Source: an uncultured Gammaproteobacteria bacterium (lineage in GTDB: Bacteria > Patescibacteriota > Patescibacteriia > HK-STAS-PATE-3). Taken from it: a stretch of DNA of 64,000 nucleotides. Positions 62,369 through 64,000 of this stretch are shown one piece after another. Location: assembly GCA_964637345.1 (NCBI GenBank), contig CAZWTD010000002.1, forward strand, positions 6,426 through 70,425, read 5' to 3'. Made by a program: the position numbers and the translations under genes. The notes below the pieces were generated by a model. That model ran no database searches and was not told the origin of the DNA. It saw only the letters and a list, made by a program, of their open reading frames with translations. Within the stretch, counting starts at the first letter, position 1. Each line of letters starts with the position of its first letter.

Positions 62369-63579
62369 ATCCCATCCTCACCATCTGGAAGAAAGAGTTA
62401 AAAGACACGATCCGCGATCGTCGGACCTTGATGTCGTCGATTATCCTTCCAATGGTTCTGATGCCGGTCATTATTATCGGGATGGGGAAGCTGACGCTGT
62501 CCCAAATCAAGAGCCTGGAGGAGAAGACGGTGAAGCTCGCGGTCGGGAACGAAGCCGCGGCGCCGGATTTTATGAATACTTTGCGTGCCCTGCCGCGACT
62601 GACGCTCTCAACGCTCGACGGCGATCCAACCGCAGCTGTTCGCGACCAGAAAGTCGACGGTGTTCTTGTGCTCCCGGACGATTTTTCAACAAAGCTCGAA
62701 GCCCGCGTTCCGGTTGAGTTGCCCTTCTACGTGAACTCCTTGAATAACACCTCCTCGACCGCGCTGACCCGCGTGTCTGAAGCTGTGACTGTGTACAATC
62801 AGTCCCTTCTCCTCACTCGCCTCGGGAATCAGGGGATTGGACCAGAGGCGCTGACCGGACTGACGATTAACCGGACCGAGACCGCCACGAGCCAGGAGCT
62901 CGGCGGCTTCGGGCTCGGCTTCCTTCTCCCGCTCTTCATCATCATGTGGGCTTCGATCGGCGGCCAGTATACGGCGGTCGACGTCTCGGCTGGGGAGAAA
63001 GAACGGAAAACGCTTGAGGCGCTCCTCCTCACGCCGGCGCGCCGGCGGGATATTGTTGCCGGGAAATTCCTCGCGGTTGCGACGACCGCGCTCATCTCCG
63101 TCGTGATCGCGCTCACGAGCCTCTATGCCGTTTTCCTCTTCGGCGGCGCTGACCTCTTTACGAGTACGACAACGACCGGCGGGGTTGCGACCTCCTTCGA
63201 TTTCCGGCTTGAACCGGAGGCGATCGGCGTTATGTTCGCGATCAGCGTCCTCCTCGTCGCGGTCTTCTCGGCGATCAACCTCGCGGTCTCGATTTTCGCG
63301 AAGAGTTATAAAGAGGCCCAGAGCTATATCGGCCCCTCCTACCTCGTCGTCATTCTCCCGGTCGTGGCCTTCAACTCGGTTCCGGGCTTCGTTCCCGGGA
63401 CGCCTTTTTTCGCAATTCCTTTCGTCAACGCCGTCCTCCTCTTTAAAGAGGTCTTAGTTGGAACCTATAACCCGGCGCATATTCTCCTCACGGTCGCGGT
63501 CATGATCGTCGTCGCCATCCTCTCGGTTGGCATCGCGAGCCGGATTTATCATAAGGAAGGGGTTTTGTTTAAGGACTAA
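62365..63579 (+). CDS. ABC-2 family transporter permease (NatB-like)
   Basis: ATGA overlap with the ATPase. N-terminal TM, a large extracytoplasmic domain of about 180 aa, and five C-terminal TM helices. Confidence 0.7.
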   Translation: MNPILTIWKKELKDTIRDRRTLMSSIILPMVLMPVIIIGMGKLTLSQIKSLEEKTVKLAVGNEAAAPDFMNTLRALPRLTLSTLDGDPTAAVRDQKVDGVLVLPDDFSTKLEARVPVELPFYVNSLNNTSSTALTRVSEAVTVYNQSLLLTRLGNQGIGPEALTGLTINRTETATSQELGGFGLGFLLPLFIIMWASIGGQYTAVDVSAGEKERKTLEALLLTPARRRDIVAGKFLAVATTALISVVIALTSLYAVFLFGGADLFTSTTTTGGVATSFDFRLEPEAIGVMFAISVLLVAVFSAINLAVSIFAKSYKEAQSYIGPSYLVVILPVVAFNSVPGFVPGTPFFAIPFVNAVLLFKEVLVGTYNPAHILLTVAVMIVVAILSVGIASRIYHKEGVLFKD

Positions 63580-63732
63580 AGCAGTTTTGTTGAAGCGGGG
63601 CGTGAGCACGTAGGGCATAGGTTCTAGGTATTGGGTTTGGAGTTGCGAAGGCCCGATAGTATTTGGTTTGACTCCGCAGTACGACCGAGCTACCCTATGA
63701 CCATGGCAAACTGGTGGCAACGAGGTACGACA

Positions 63733-64000
63733 ATGAGCGAGAAAATAACGCTAGACAGCCTGGCCGCTATGGTTAGGAATAGTTCTGAACAGCTGGAAAG
63801 ACTAGCCATGATGGTTAAACAGGGATTTGATCAGGTCGATCAGCGTTTCGCGGCTGTTGACCGACGCTTTGAAGGTATTGAAGGACGCCTTGATCGGCTG
63901 GAGCAGGGTCAAGATGAGGTTCGTATGCGCCTTGACCAGGCGGCCTACCGGTTCGAACTTGTTGAATTGACCCATCGGGTGAAGACGATCGAGAATAAAG
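63733..64000 (+). CDS. hypothetical coiled-coil protein (3'-partial at window end)
   Basis: The ATG at 63733 opens a frame that runs to the window end (MSEKITLDSLAAMVRNSSEQLERLAMMVKQGFDQVDQRF...), with heptad-like charge periodicity. Confidence 0.3.
   Translation, partial: MSEKITLDSLAAMVRNSSEQLERLAMMVKQGFDQVDQRFAAVDRRFEGIEGRLDRLEQGQDEVRMRLDQAAYRFELVELTHRVKTIENK

Noticed and set aside
1-64000. CRISPR arrays, rRNA genes, integrases or prophage structural genes
   Set aside because: No short direct repeats with regular spacers, no rRNA-like sequence, and no recombinase or capsid/tail-like ORFs were seen. The only mobile-type element is the RAYT-REP unit.

Overview
The window is a 64 kb stretch of moderately GC-rich bacterial chromosome, probably from a monoderm, peptidoglycan-containing organism with a reduced genome. 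That reading rests on several things: an archaeal-type UMP kinase, many membrane-anchored proteins with N/T/S-rich linkers, DUF11 repeat surface proteins and a sortase. It points to a CPR/Patescibacteria-like or Chloroflexi-like organism, but this is inference only. Most of the window is compact housekeeping sequence, described below from 5' to 3'.

- **1-12 kb:** a zur-zupT zinc module with a perfect palindromic operator candidate, and an undecaprenyl-phosphate (C55-P) cluster (polyprenyl synthase, uppS, a PAP2 phosphatase, plus uppP/bacA further on). Also rarA, a stand-alone receiver domain and mutM.
- **20-24 kb:** manC, mltG, pyrH and rplJ-rplL, the last with a structured leader and a terminator.
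- **27-32 kb:** an SOS module, lexA plus a Y-family polymerase, divergent from uvrD.
- **33-38.5 kb:** a truncated dcw cluster, mraZ-rsmH-ftsL-ftsI-[546-nt non-coding gap]-murF.
- **38.5-64 kb:** a PspC + LiaF-like pair, dtd, mutY, xseAB, a VIT transporter, two ABC ATPase/ABC-2 permease pairs, pcd, capA, rdgB and a CE4 deacetylase.

The accessory and novel-looking content is as follows.

1. At 12.2-19.7 kb there is a sortase gene followed by four tandem same-strand surface-protein genes (DUF11 and Big-like repeats, one with a dockerin-like motif). Their C-terminal sorting signals are LPETG, LTETG, LPASG and a degenerate VLPTST, each preceded by a conserved (G)QVLGA/VLGT box.
2. At 43.6-44.2 kb an IS200-like REP-associated tyrosine transposase is flanked on both sides by the same GCGCAAG(C)...(G)CTTGCGC hairpin.
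3. At 31.7-32.8 kb a slightly GC-elevated two-gene island encodes a protein with a C-terminal peptidoglycan-binding domain and an 8-Cys mini-protein with a strong ribosome-binding site.
4. Three unusually long, highly structured non-coding gaps sit at 36.55-37.10 kb (inside the dcw operon, where murE would be expected), 41.80-42.16 kb and 45.3-45.9 kb.

One tRNA-Pro(CGG) is present. No CRISPR arrays or rRNA genes were seen. Coordinates I derived by hand may be off by 1-3 nt.
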